This document shows, piece by piece, positions 24,487-33,358 of a DNA stretch of 50,398 bases. The stretch is taken from assembly GCA_047620145.1 (NCBI GenBank), contig JBLHKO010000005.1, positions 1 to 50,398 of the forward strand. Reading direction: 5' to 3'. Every line of letters starts with the position of its first letter. Within the stretch, counting starts at the first letter, position 1. Source of the DNA: Gammaproteobacteria bacterium (GTDB lineage: Bacteria; Pseudomonadota; Gammaproteobacteria; Eutrophobiales; Eutrophobiaceae). The notes beneath the pieces are model-generated. The model saw nothing but the letters and a program-made list of their open reading frames with translations. It ran no database searches and was not told where the DNA came from. The position numbers and the translations under genes are program-made.

Positions 24487-25251
24487 TCAAGATCCTTTAG
24501 CTGCATGGCATATGCTGAGGAATTCTTCAGCGTCTAGAGAAGCACCACCGATTAAACCACCATCAACATCGACCATGTTAAAAATTTCAATTGCGTTGGC
24601 AGCTTTGACACTGCCCCCGTAAAGTATTCTGATCTTATCGGCCACTGCATCATCATGCCGAGCCAATAATAATCTCACAAATGCATGTACTTCTTGCGCT
24701 TGTTCAGGTGTTGCTGTCTTACCTGTGCCAATCGCCCAAACCGGTTCATAGGCAATCACGGCATTATTAAATGACGCAATCCCAGCCACTACTATGACAG
24801 CATTTAACTGTCTTTCAATCACTGCTTCCGTGTCCGCAGATTGCCTTTCTTCTAATTGCTCTCCGACACAAAGTATGGGAATCAAACCAGCTTCCTGTGC
24901 CCGTACAAACTTCTCTGCCACCAGTGTATCAGTATCATGATAGAGCGCCCGGCGTTCTGAATGTCCTACAATGGCGTACTTACAGGAAAAATCTTTCAAC
25001 ATATCTGCTGAAACCTCTCCGGTATACGCACCTGATTCAAGCTGCGAAATATTCTGCGCGCCTAACTTGATGTCCGTATTCTTGAATGTCTCTGCTAATT
25101 CCGCCAAATAGACATATGGTGGGCAAAGTGCGACTTCAGCATCACATCCAGACTTCAGGCCACTAATGACACCTTCCAATAAGGGACGAATGCTGGCCAG
25201 CGATCCATTCATTTTCCAGTTCGCTGCAACTAGTGGTCTGCGTTGCGCCAT
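24487..25251 (-). CDS. tpiA: Triosephosphate isomerase
   Basis: ANWKMN, GHSERR, AYEPVWAIGTG, LYGGSV, GGASL. Confidence 0.98.
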   Translation of the reverse strand: MAQRRPLVAANWKMNGSLASIRPLLEGVISGLKSGCDAEVALCPPYVYLAELAETFKNTDIKLGAQNISQLESGAYTGEVSADMLKDFSCKYAIVGHSERRALYHDTDTLVAEKFVRAQEAGLIPILCVGEQLEERQSADTEAVIERQLNAVIVVAGIASFNNAVIAYEPVWAIGTGKTATPEQAQEVHAFVRLLLARHDDAVADKIRILYGGSVKAANAIEIFNMVDVDGGLIGGASLDAEEFLSICHAAKGS

Positions 25252-25310
25252 CTTATTGTTATACCCATACCTGAAAGGGCAGGAATCTTAATATATTTAG
25301 TGGTCTGAGT

Positions 25311-25472
25311 ATACCCAGGATATCTGGAAATGCAGTATTCAGAGTGTGTTCATTTTCATTCAAGGCAAGGCACGACGATGCCGCATGGCCGCCCCCTGCA
25401 AAGAGGAGTAACGCTGCCATGGATGGTAAAGGGACATGCTATGGATACTGCATTTCCAGCTATCCTGGGTAT
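25311..25472. mobile_element. ERIC-like MITE A (162 bp, about 30-bp terminal inverted repeats)
   Basis: ATACCCAGGATATCTGGAAATGCAGTATTC ... GGATACTGCATTTCCAGCTATCCTGGGTAT (2 mismatches). TA flanks CCC...GGG. Homologous to 30313-30595. Confidence 0.82.
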
Positions 25473-25582
25473 TAACTCTCGTAGGGCAATAACTGAGCTA
25501 ACGAGCCCCTAAAACTGCCTAATATAAGTTGCTGAACATAGGTATTGAACATGCGGGATAGATCAAGGAATATGGCGCCCCC

Positions 25583-26332
25583 ATGATTGACAATAATGAC
25601 AGATGGATCCCACCTTCATCAATGGGGGAGGTGATCAAGAATATCTTGCTCCCGTCGCAGCTATATATTCGTTATCTGGTCAGAAAAAACCTGCGCAAAG
25701 GCTAGCCAGAATTACATCTTTTACCATTCTTGGTCAACAAGGAACAACAAGCCATCGATATCGGCGCTAACAAAGGCGTTTATACACATCTATTGGCCAA
25801 ACTTGTAACTTTCGTCCATGCCTTTGAACCTAATCCAAAAATGTTCAGCGTACTCACGAAGTGTTTATCTAAAAATGCCAAAGCTTATGACGTCGCGCTG
25901 TCTAATGAATCGGGGTCAGGAGAATTATTGGTCCCGATGAGTGGACGGAAAAAGGCTTATTCCAACCAGGGGGCTAGTCTGAACAGACAAAAATTCAGTG
26001 GTGAACATGGTGTCGTACATATAGAAACACGCACACTGGATAAGATTGGATTTATCAAGATCGATGTTGAGGGTTATGAACACGCTGTGCTTAAAGGCGC
26101 CAAAGAAACGTTAATGCGTTGTCGACCGACGATGCTGATTGAGCTTGAAGAAAGGCATACCGGAGTCGCCATAGAGAAATTAGTGGAAGAGGTTGAAGCC
26201 TACGATTACCAAGCGTATTTTCTACGTAATCAGAAATTAACACCCTTTACACAATTCGACCCGGTGTTGGAACACCGAAACCCTGAACATCGAATTAATT
26301 ATGTGAATAATTTTATATTTTTACCGAAATAA
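25583..26332 (+). pseudogene. FkbM-family methyltransferase with in-frame amber codon
   Basis: ATG 25583 MIDNNDRW...LRKG*PELHLLPFLV continues in frame into IDIGANKG, AFEPNP and IKIDVEGYE. TAG is at 25703-25705 (codon 41). Confidence 0.78.
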
Positions 26333-26384
26333 TCTGTACGAGAAATTATAAAACACTTTTTTTTATTCCTGAATGGTTGCTTAC

Positions 26385-27239
26385 TTATCTTCCTTTGGGT
26401 GTCCTGCCGGGTGATTTCTTTCTTACGCTGGGTTTTGAAACTCGCTTGTGCCGTGACACAGATGAAGTCTCCGGTTTTATATTAAGCCATTCATACAATT
26501 CATTAATTTCTCTATCATCAAGTTCTCTGATAGTGCCTACTCGTGAGCTGCGGGATAACACAGCCGGACCGAAACGAACACGAATCAAACGGCTCACGGT
26601 AATCCCTTGTGATTCCCAAAGACGTTTCACTTCATGATTGCGTCCTTCCATGAGAGTAACGTGATACCAATGATTGGCACCGTCTCCACCAGAATCAACA
26701 ATATCCGAAAAATGTGCCGGGCCATCTTCTAGCTCCACACCTGATTGCAATCGATCGAGCATTTCTTGATCAACTTTACCCACCACTCGAACCGCATACT
26801 CACGGTCTACACCTGATGATGGATGCATTAAACGATTCGCAAGATCACCATCGTTGGTAAAAAGTAATAATCCATACGTATTAATATCCAGTCGCCCGAT
26901 GCCAATCCATCGTGAACCTTTTAAACGAGGTAATTTTGAGAATACGGTCGGTCTGCCCTCTGCATCTTTTCGAGTACAAATTTCTCCTGCAGGTTTGTGA
27001 TAGGCAATAACTTTTGTTTTTGTATCCGCTTTTTTGGGAAATTTAATTTGTTTTTTATCTAGCTGAACTCGATCTTCAGTAGTGATTGAGTCACCCAGCT
27101 TGGCGAGCTTGCCACCGACTGTGATGCGTCCTTGCTTGATCCACGATTCTATTTCACGTCGTGAACCCAGACCCATACGCGCCAGAACTTTTTGAATACG
27201 TTCAGGCATTTTTTTTTCAGGCATGATTTTTTCAGACAT
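26385..27239 (-). CDS. rluB: 23S rRNA pseudouridine synthase B
   Basis: S4 domain ERIQKVLA..G.GSRRE, GRLDINT, EGRNHEV; synteny with scpB. Confidence 0.92.
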   Translation of the reverse strand: MSEKIMPEKKMPERIQKVLARMGLGSRREIESWIKQGRITVGGKLAKLGDSITTEDRVQLDKKQIKFPKKADTKTKVIAYHKPAGEICTRKDAEGRPTVFSKLPRLKGSRWIGIGRLDINTYGLLLFTNDGDLANRLMHPSSGVDREYAVRVVGKVDQEMLDRLQSGVELEDGPAHFSDIVDSGGDGANHWYHVTLMEGRNHEVKRLWESQGITVSRLIRVRFGPAVLSRSSRVGTIRELDDREINELYEWLNIKPETSSVSRHKRVSKPSVRKKSPGRTPKGR

Positions 27240-27305
27240 GAGTAGCTACAAAGAGCCAGACCTTAATGATGATGTTTAAAATTTATAATAGTCAGCTAAA
27301 AATAA

Positions 27306-28067
27306 TCAACCAAAGGGAACCACGTTATCTTCGTCGCTAACAACATTGTGAGTTTCTTTTGATTTATCTGCTTCAGGTTCAGGAATACTCTCACTGTCAT
27401 CAGTCTCAACTTGTTCAACATTCGGATATAATTTGGTTGTATCTGGTTTGGCGGCGTCAAGTCTACCAGCTGCTGCTTTATCTACTTGTACCTTAGCTTC
27501 TTTTTCAAGTTCTTCAAACAAATCAGGATTGATTTGATCAAAATCTTTTATCTCGGAAAGCGAAGGTAACTCTGAAAGTTTTTTCAGATTGAAATAATCC
27601 AGAAACTCTTTTGTTGTGGCTAATAATTCGGGTTTGCCAGGGATATCCCTCTGACCGACAACACGGATCCAGTTTCGTTCTTGTAATGTCCTGATAATAT
27701 TCGAGCTAACACTCACACCTCTAATCTCTTCAATCTCGGCACGTGTCATTGGTTGACGATAAGCAATAATAGCCAGTGTTTCCAGTAAAGCTCTTGAATA
27801 CCTTGGAGGACGATCATCGAACAGATGATTGATCCACTCTGCATAATCACTATTGACCTGTACACGAAAGCCACTGGCAACTTCATTGAGTTCTATACCA
27901 CGACCTTTGTAGTCTTCAGTGATTTGGTCAATGGCTGTCTTAATATCTGCTTTTTCAGGAATGTCAGACTCATTTTCAAAGATGGCTGATAACTGAGCCA
28001 GACTGACTGGTTTCTCAGACACCATCAGTGCAGCTTCAACAATATTTTTTAGTTGTTCTTGATTCAT
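27306..28067 (-). CDS. scpB: SMC-Scp complex subunit ScpB
   Basis: YSRALLETLAIIAYRQP.TRAEIEEIRGV, TT.EFLDYF.L. Confidence 0.96.
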   Translation of the reverse strand: MNQEQLKNIVEAALMVSEKPVSLAQLSAIFENESDIPEKADIKTAIDQITEDYKGRGIELNEVASGFRVQVNSDYAEWINHLFDDRPPRYSRALLETLAIIAYRQPMTRAEIEEIRGVSVSSNIIRTLQERNWIRVVGQRDIPGKPELLATTKEFLDYFNLKKLSELPSLSEIKDFDQINPDLFEELEKEAKVQVDKAAAGRLDAAKPDTTKLYPNVEQVETDDSESIPEPEADKSKETHNVVSDEDNVVPFG

Positions 28068-28102
28068 TATTATTTGGCTTCTACTTAAATACGATTTAAT
28101 CT

Positions 28103-29035
28103 TTATGATGCAGCCTTGATATAAATAGGACCATTTATTTCATTTTGCACCATTTCTATCAGCGAACTTTTTAGTAATTCCAGAATTGCCAACAAAGCAA
28201 CAATCACACCACCTCGACCTTCTTCTACACCGAACAGTTCCTTGAAATTTATAAAATCCTCGGCATTAATTTTATCCAGCACCATGGTCATACGTTCGCG
28301 CACAGACAATGCTTCACGTTGTATCCGATGATGTGTGTACATATCCGCTCTGGCCAGTACCTCGGCAAATACCCTAAGTAAAGCGTCCATAGAAACATCT
28401 GGTTGTTGCTGACTGGATTTTCTATCTGGAAATTCGGCAATAGTACCGAATATTTCGCGTTCATATCGAGGCAGCGCATCTATATCCTCTGCAGCCTGCT
28501 TGTATCTTTCATACTCCTGCAATCGCCTGACCAATTCAGCACGCGGGTCATCTTCATCTTCATTTTCATCAATGGGCCTAGGCAATAGCATTCTCGATTT
28601 GATCTCGGCCAGCATGGCCGCCATCAATAAGTATTCACCGGCCAAATCAAGTTGCAGATCATCCATCAAATCAATATAACGCATGTATTGTTCAGTGATC
28701 TGGGCAACAGGTATATTTACGATATCCAGATTTTGACGTTTGATAAGATAGAGTAAAAAGTCTAACGGTCCTTCAAATGCTTCAAGAAAGACTTTCAAAG
28801 CCTCTGGGGGGATATACAAATCTGTAGGAACCTCAGATAAAGGCTCACCATGGACCATCGCAAAGGGCATCTCTTTTTGGTTACCTCTTGCCTTATCCTT
28901 TTGGGCAGGATCTTTTTGGGCCTGATCTTTTTGGAACTGATCCTGAGCCTGTTTCAGGGTTTGGTTCGGAAGCTTAGACTGTTCCTCATTTTGGACTGCT
29001 TCTCCGTGGTTTTCTGGTAATGGATTATCTGACAT
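28103..29035 (-). CDS. scpA: Segregation/condensation protein ScpA
   Basis: FEGPLDFLLYLI, AEIKSRMLLP, LAILEL. Start placed at ATG 29035. Confidence 0.95.
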   Translation of the reverse strand: MSDNPLPENHGEAVQNEEQSKLPNQTLKQAQDQFQKDQAQKDPAQKDKARGNQKEMPFAMVHGEPLSEVPTDLYIPPEALKVFLEAFEGPLDFLLYLIKRQNLDIVNIPVAQITEQYMRYIDLMDDLQLDLAGEYLLMAAMLAEIKSRMLLPRPIDENEDEDDPRAELVRRLQEYERYKQAAEDIDALPRYEREIFGTIAEFPDRKSSQQQPDVSMDALLRVFAEVLARADMYTHHRIQREALSVRERMTMVLDKINAEDFINFKELFGVEEGRGGVIVALLAILELLKSSLIEMVQNEINGPIYIKAAS

Positions 29036-29051
29036 ATCTAACAATAATATT

Positions 29052-30263
29052 CTATTTATACTCAAGGCCCATGGCTTGTTTAACTTCACTGAGGGTTTCG
29101 CGCGCGACTTCTCGCGCGGCTTCACTGCCGTCACTAATAATACCACGTACTGTTTCGGGATCTTCCTGAATTTCCTTGGCCCTTTCGCGAATAGGTGACT
29201 GTTCTTTCAAGATAGAATCTATCAAAGGCCCCTTACAATCCAGACAGCCAATCCCGGCAGTTCGACATCCCGTCTGTACCCAATCTTTCACCTCATCATT
29301 AGAATAGACTTCGTGCAGACTCCAAACAGGACATTTCGCCGGATCACCCGGATCATCACGGCGCACACGATTGGTATCGGTTGGCATGGTTTTAATTTTT
29401 TCTTCCACACTGGCAGGACTTTCTCGCAAGGTTATGGTATTGCCATAGGATTTGGACATCTTTTGCCCATCCAGACCGAGTAATTTTGATGCAGGCGTCA
29501 ATAGTGCCTGTGGCTCGGGCAATATGACCTTGCCCCCGCCTTCCAGATAACCGATTAAACGTTCCCGGTCTCCAATGCTGATATTCTGTTGTCCTTCAAT
29601 CAAGGCGCGTGCCTTTTCAAGTGCCTGACCATCACCTTGTTCCTGATAATCTTTCCTTAAATCATGATATAGACGGTTATTCTTTTTACCCATTTTTTTG
29701 GCGGCAGCTTCTGCCTTATCTTCAAAACCCGCCTCGCGACCATAAAGAAAGTTAAATCGACGGGCGACTTCACGGGATAATTCCACATGAGCGACCTGAT
29801 CATCGCCGACCGGGACATGCCCGGCCTTGTATATCAATATGTCGGCAGTCTGTAACAAGGGATAACCCAGAAAACCATAGGTGGTGAGGTCTTTATTATT
29901 GAGCTTTTCCTGCTGGTCTTTGTAACTCGGCACCCGTTCTAGCCAGCTGAGTGGCGTGCACATCGAAAGCAAAAGATGTAATTCCGCATGTTCAGGAACA
30001 CGAGACTGAATAAAAATCTTGGCGGCACCCGGGTCGATCCCGACGGCCAACCAATCAATCACCATATCCCAGACACTTTCTGAAATTACGTGGGGATCTT
30101 CATATTCTGTGGTTAATGCATGCCAATCCGCGACAAAGAAAAAACATTCATATCCGTTTTGTAAGGTTAGCCAGTTTTTAAGTACACCATGATAATGGCC
30201 GAGATGCAGTTGCCCTGTCGGCCTCATGCCTGACAGAACTCTCTGGTTTGCAATACTGATCAA
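29052..30263 (-). CDS. trpS: Tryptophan--tRNA ligase
   Basis: SGMRPTG.LHLGH (HIGH-type), VPVGDDQ, KMSKS. Confidence 0.96.
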   Translation of the reverse strand: MISIANQRVLSGMRPTGQLHLGHYHGVLKNWLTLQNGYECFFFVADWHALTTEYEDPHVISESVWDMVIDWLAVGIDPGAAKIFIQSRVPEHAELHLLLSMCTPLSWLERVPSYKDQQEKLNNKDLTTYGFLGYPLLQTADILIYKAGHVPVGDDQVAHVELSREVARRFNFLYGREAGFEDKAEAAAKKMGKKNNRLYHDLRKDYQEQGDGQALEKARALIEGQQNISIGDRERLIGYLEGGGKVILPEPQALLTPASKLLGLDGQKMSKSYGNTITLRESPASVEEKIKTMPTDTNRVRRDDPGDPAKCPVWSLHEVYSNDEVKDWVQTGCRTAGIGCLDCKGPLIDSILKEQSPIRERAKEIQEDPETVRGIISDGSEAAREVARETLSEVKQAMGLEYK

Positions 30264-30312
30264 ATAAACATCCTCAATGATTAAACTCTAAATATTTGCG
30301 CAGTATACATCT

Positions 30313-30595
30313 ATACCCTAGATACTTGAAAATGCGGAATTTAGACGACTGCAGGGATGGAGTCGGTAGAGCGAAGCAGGAAGCCAGAGCCGAGTGCGTT
30401 TGTTTTTATTCAGAGCAAGACGCGACGACGCACATGGCCGCCCCCCTGTAAGAAGGACGACTATAGGGATGTAGTCGGTTGATAACGTCTGGAACACGTT
30501 ATCTAGCACCGCCTCTCTGGATAAAAACAGATGTGTGAGGTGCATGGATGCGCAAGAGCGGCCTATAAACCTGCATTCTCAAGTATCCAGGGTAT
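30313..30595. mobile_element. ERIC-like MITE B (283 bp): MITE A backbone plus three internal modules
   Basis: Terminal inverted repeats ATACCCTAGATACTTGAAAATGCGG / CTGCATTCTCAAGTATCCAGGGTAT. Collinear with 25311-25472 once 30345-30392, 30457-30504 and 30537-30562 are removed. Confidence 0.85.
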
Positions 30596-31217
30596 CTATG
30601 CCTATGGCAGAAATATCACCCATGCCTTCACGAACAACAACAACCTGACCATCTGCCAAATCAACGACTGTGGTGGCGCCTAATCCACAGGCACCGCCAT
30701 CGATGACAAGATCAATTTGTCCACATAATTTATCTGCGATTTCACCAGGGTCAATCATTGGCAATTCATTACCCGGTAATATCATACTGGTACTGAGCAT
30801 CGGCTCCCCCAGTTCTTCTAACAGATCCAGAATGATCTGGTTATCAGGGATACGTACTCCTATAGTCTTACGTTTGGGATGCTGTAATCGACTTGGCACT
30901 TCTCGTGTTGCCGCTAATAAAAAAGTATATGGTCCCGGCGTCACCGACTTCATTAGACGAAAAGATGAATTATGAACCTTGGCATACGTGCCTATCTCAG
31001 AAAGGTCTCGACACAACAGCGTTAAATTATGTTTCTTATCCAACGCCCTGATTCTTTGGATTCTCTCCAACGCAGTTTTATCGCCGATATGGCATCCCAA
31101 GGCATAGCAAGAATCTGTAGGATAGACGACAACGCCGCCTTTGCGCACAATAGCCGCCGCAGACTGAATCAGTCGCTTCTGCGGATTTGCGGGATGAATT
31201 TCTAAAACCTTTGTCAT
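30579..31217 (-). CDS. yciO: Sua5/YciO/YrdC family protein (YciO-like)
   Basis: IHP.NPQ.RLI, YPTDSCYALGC, TPGPYTF, KRKTIGVRIP. Confidence 0.9.
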   Translation of the reverse strand: MTKVLEIHPANPQKRLIQSAAAIVRKGGVVVYPTDSCYALGCHIGDKTALERIQRIRALDKKHNLTLLCRDLSEIGTYAKVHNSSFRLMKSVTPGPYTFLLAATREVPSRLQHPKRKTIGVRIPDNQIILDLLEELGEPMLSTSMILPGNELPMIDPGEIADKLCGQIDLVIDGGACGLGATTVVDLADGQVVVVREGMGDISAIGIDTLDT

Positions 31218-31289
31218 AAATAGTCTTGGCTAACTCTTTTCGATATGATTGCAACATTAAACTAATTTAAAAGGGCGTATATTACCTAA

Positions 31290-31865
31290 ATGAAATTTTT
31301 GTTCGACTTTTTCCCGCTCATTGCCTTCTTCATTGCATTTTACTTTCCCGAAGATCGCCAACAAGGCATTTATGCTGCTACTTATACAATAATGGTGGCG
31401 AGTTTTATACAAATTTGTCTTTATTGGTTGTTATATAAAAAATTTGAAAAGATGCACCTTATCACCTTTGTCGTAGTATTGATTTTTGGTGGTTTAACGA
31501 TCTACCTGCAAGATGAACTATTCATAAAATGGAAACCCACTATTGTAAACTGGTGTTTTGCAATAGCCTTGATCAGTAGCCATTTTATTGGCGATAAAAC
31601 ACTTTTCCAGAGAATGATAAATATGGCAGACAACAAATTAAATTTACCGTCACATGTCTGGATAAATATTAATATGAGTTGGGCGATATTTTTTATCTTC
31701 ATGGGTTTTGTTAATCTCTATGTTGCTTTTAATTACAGCACTGAATTCTGGGTTAACTTCAAGGCATGGGGCATGACATTACTGAATCTGATATTTATTA
31801 TAGGTATGAGTGCATATATGTATCGTTACATCAAAGACCATGAAGCAACATCACAGGAAGAATAA
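31290..31865 (+). CDS. yciB: Inner-membrane protein YciB (septation protein A/IspZ)
   Basis: [30 protein letters not shown]. Confidence 0.93.
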   Translation: MKFLFDFFPLIAFFIAFYFPEDRQQGIYAATYTIMVASFIQICLYWLLYKKFEKMHLITFVVVLIFGGLTIYLQDELFIKWKPTIVNWCFAIALISSHFIGDKTLFQRMINMADNKLNLPSHVWININMSWAIFFIFMGFVNLYVAFNYSTEFWVNFKAWGMTLLNLIFIIGMSAYMYRYIKDHEATSQEE

Positions 31866-31867
31866 TT

Positions 31868-32164
31868 ATGTACTATGCAATCATATGTGCTGATGTCGGA
31901 GACAGTCTCGAAAAAAGAATGAGTGTGCGTGCAGACCATATTGCGCGACTACAAGCATTGCGGGATAAAGGTCGACTACTTATTGCTGGCCCGCACCCGG
32001 CGATCGATAACGAAGATCCGGGTACGGCCGGATTCACCGGGAGTTTGATTGTTGCCGAGTTTGATTCTCTGGAGGCTGCACAAGCGTGGGCAGACGCTGA
32101 TCCTTATATCGCCGCAGGGGCTTATGAAAAAGTAACTGTTAAGCCTTTTAAAAAAGTTTTCTAA
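31868..32164 (+). CDS. yciI: YciI family protein
   Basis: [23 protein letters not shown]. Confidence 0.93.
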   Translation: MYYAIICADVGDSLEKRMSVRADHIARLQALRDKGRLLIAGPHPAIDNEDPGTAGFTGSLIVAEFDSLEAAQAWADADPYIAAGAYEKVTVKPFKKVF

Positions 32165-32194
32165 AATAACCAAGCATTAAGATTAATTATTGAA

Positions 32195-32476
32195 ATGGAT
32201 CGCATTGCTGAAATAAAAGCCCGGCTGGAGCAAGCTCTGTCTCCCTCACATCTCGATATTATTGACGAATCACATCTGCATGCAGGTCACGCAGGTGCCG
32301 CTAGCGGTGCTGGTCATTTTAATGTCACCATCGTCTCAGATAAGTTTGCAGATCAATCTGCTATTCAACGACATCGCATGGTTTATTTGGCAGTGGGCGA
32401 TCTAATGCCATCAGAAATCCATGCCTTGAGCATCAATGCGCAAGTACCTAAAGAATATGACACCGGAAAAACATGA
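32195..32476 (+). CDS. bolA: BolA family protein
   Basis: DESHLHAGH, RHRMVY, IHALSI. Confidence 0.93.
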   Translation: MDRIAEIKARLEQALSPSHLDIIDESHLHAGHAGAASGAGHFNVTIVSDKFADQSAIQRHRMVYLAVGDLMPSEIHALSINAQVPKEYDTGKT

Positions 32477-33297
32477 GTAACACCCAAACTTGCAAACCAT
32501 TTCTTAAATGGCCCGGTGGTAAATACCGCTTAACAAATCGTATTAAAACAAAATTAGGAGTAGGTAACCGACTGGTTGAACCGTTTGTTGGTTCAGCGGC
32601 AGTCTTTCTGAATACTGATTATGAAAACTATCTGTTGGCTGACACCAATCAAGACTTGATTAATGTCTACCAAACTCTGCAATCAGAAGGTCCTGTTTTT
32701 ATTGCTTATTGCAAAACTTTTTTTACACAAAAAAACAATGTTGAAGAACAATATTACATATTCAGAGAAAAATTTAATACTTCTTCAGATAGCCGATTAA
32801 AATCCGCCCTGTTCCTTTATCTAAATCGACATTGTTACAATGGGCTCTGCCGCTATAACGCTAAAGGTGAATTCAATACGCCATTTGGTCGTTATAGCCG
32901 ACCGTATTTCCCAGATAAGGAAATGCTCATTTTTTTTCAGAAGGCAAAAAATGTTGAGTTCATCTGTGCTGGTTTTTCGGAAACAATGCGTCAAGCGATA
33001 AAGCATGATGTTGTTTATTGCGACCCTCCTTATGTCCCTCTAAGTAAAACAGCAAATTTCACTGCTTACGCTGCAGGTGGTTTCAATTGGGAAGATCAAA
33101 TCGAATTAACTGATTGGGCAAGCAAACTTTCCGCGAAGGGGATACAGGTAGTAATCTCAAATCACAATACGCCAACAGCAAGGGAACTCTATAAGGAAGC
33201 AGGGGCAACAATGGAAAAATTCAAGGTCAGACGCACCATAAGTTGTAACGCAGATAAGCGGAACCTTGTTGGAGAATTGCTAGCAGTTTTTGGATAA
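32473..33297 (+). CDS. dam: Dam-family DNA adenine methyltransferase
   Basis: FLKWPGGK, LVEPFVGS, YNGLCRYN, YCDPPY, RRTIS. Confidence 0.93.
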   Translation: MSNTQTCKPFLKWPGGKYRLTNRIKTKLGVGNRLVEPFVGSAAVFLNTDYENYLLADTNQDLINVYQTLQSEGPVFIAYCKTFFTQKNNVEEQYYIFREKFNTSSDSRLKSALFLYLNRHCYNGLCRYNAKGEFNTPFGRYSRPYFPDKEMLIFFQKAKNVEFICAGFSETMRQAIKHDVVYCDPPYVPLSKTANFTAYAAGGFNWEDQIELTDWASKLSAKGIQVVISNHNTPTARELYKEAGATMEKFKVRRTISCNADKRNLVGELLAVFG

Positions 33298-33358
33298 TGC
33301 AAACAATCATTTGTACAAATTAATATTTACTTAAAGATAAACATAATTATAAATAGAT

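Noticed and set aside
25330-25512. 60-aa ORF
   Set aside because: Lies over MITE A with no recognisable protein features.
25703-25705. Pyrrolysine readthrough in the FkbM gene
   Set aside because: No pyl genes in the window, TAG is used as a normal stop nearby, and a single GAG to TAG change explains it.
30318-30545. 75-aa ORF upstream of trpS (possible leader peptide)
   Set aside because: Entirely within MITE B and contains no Trp-codon run.
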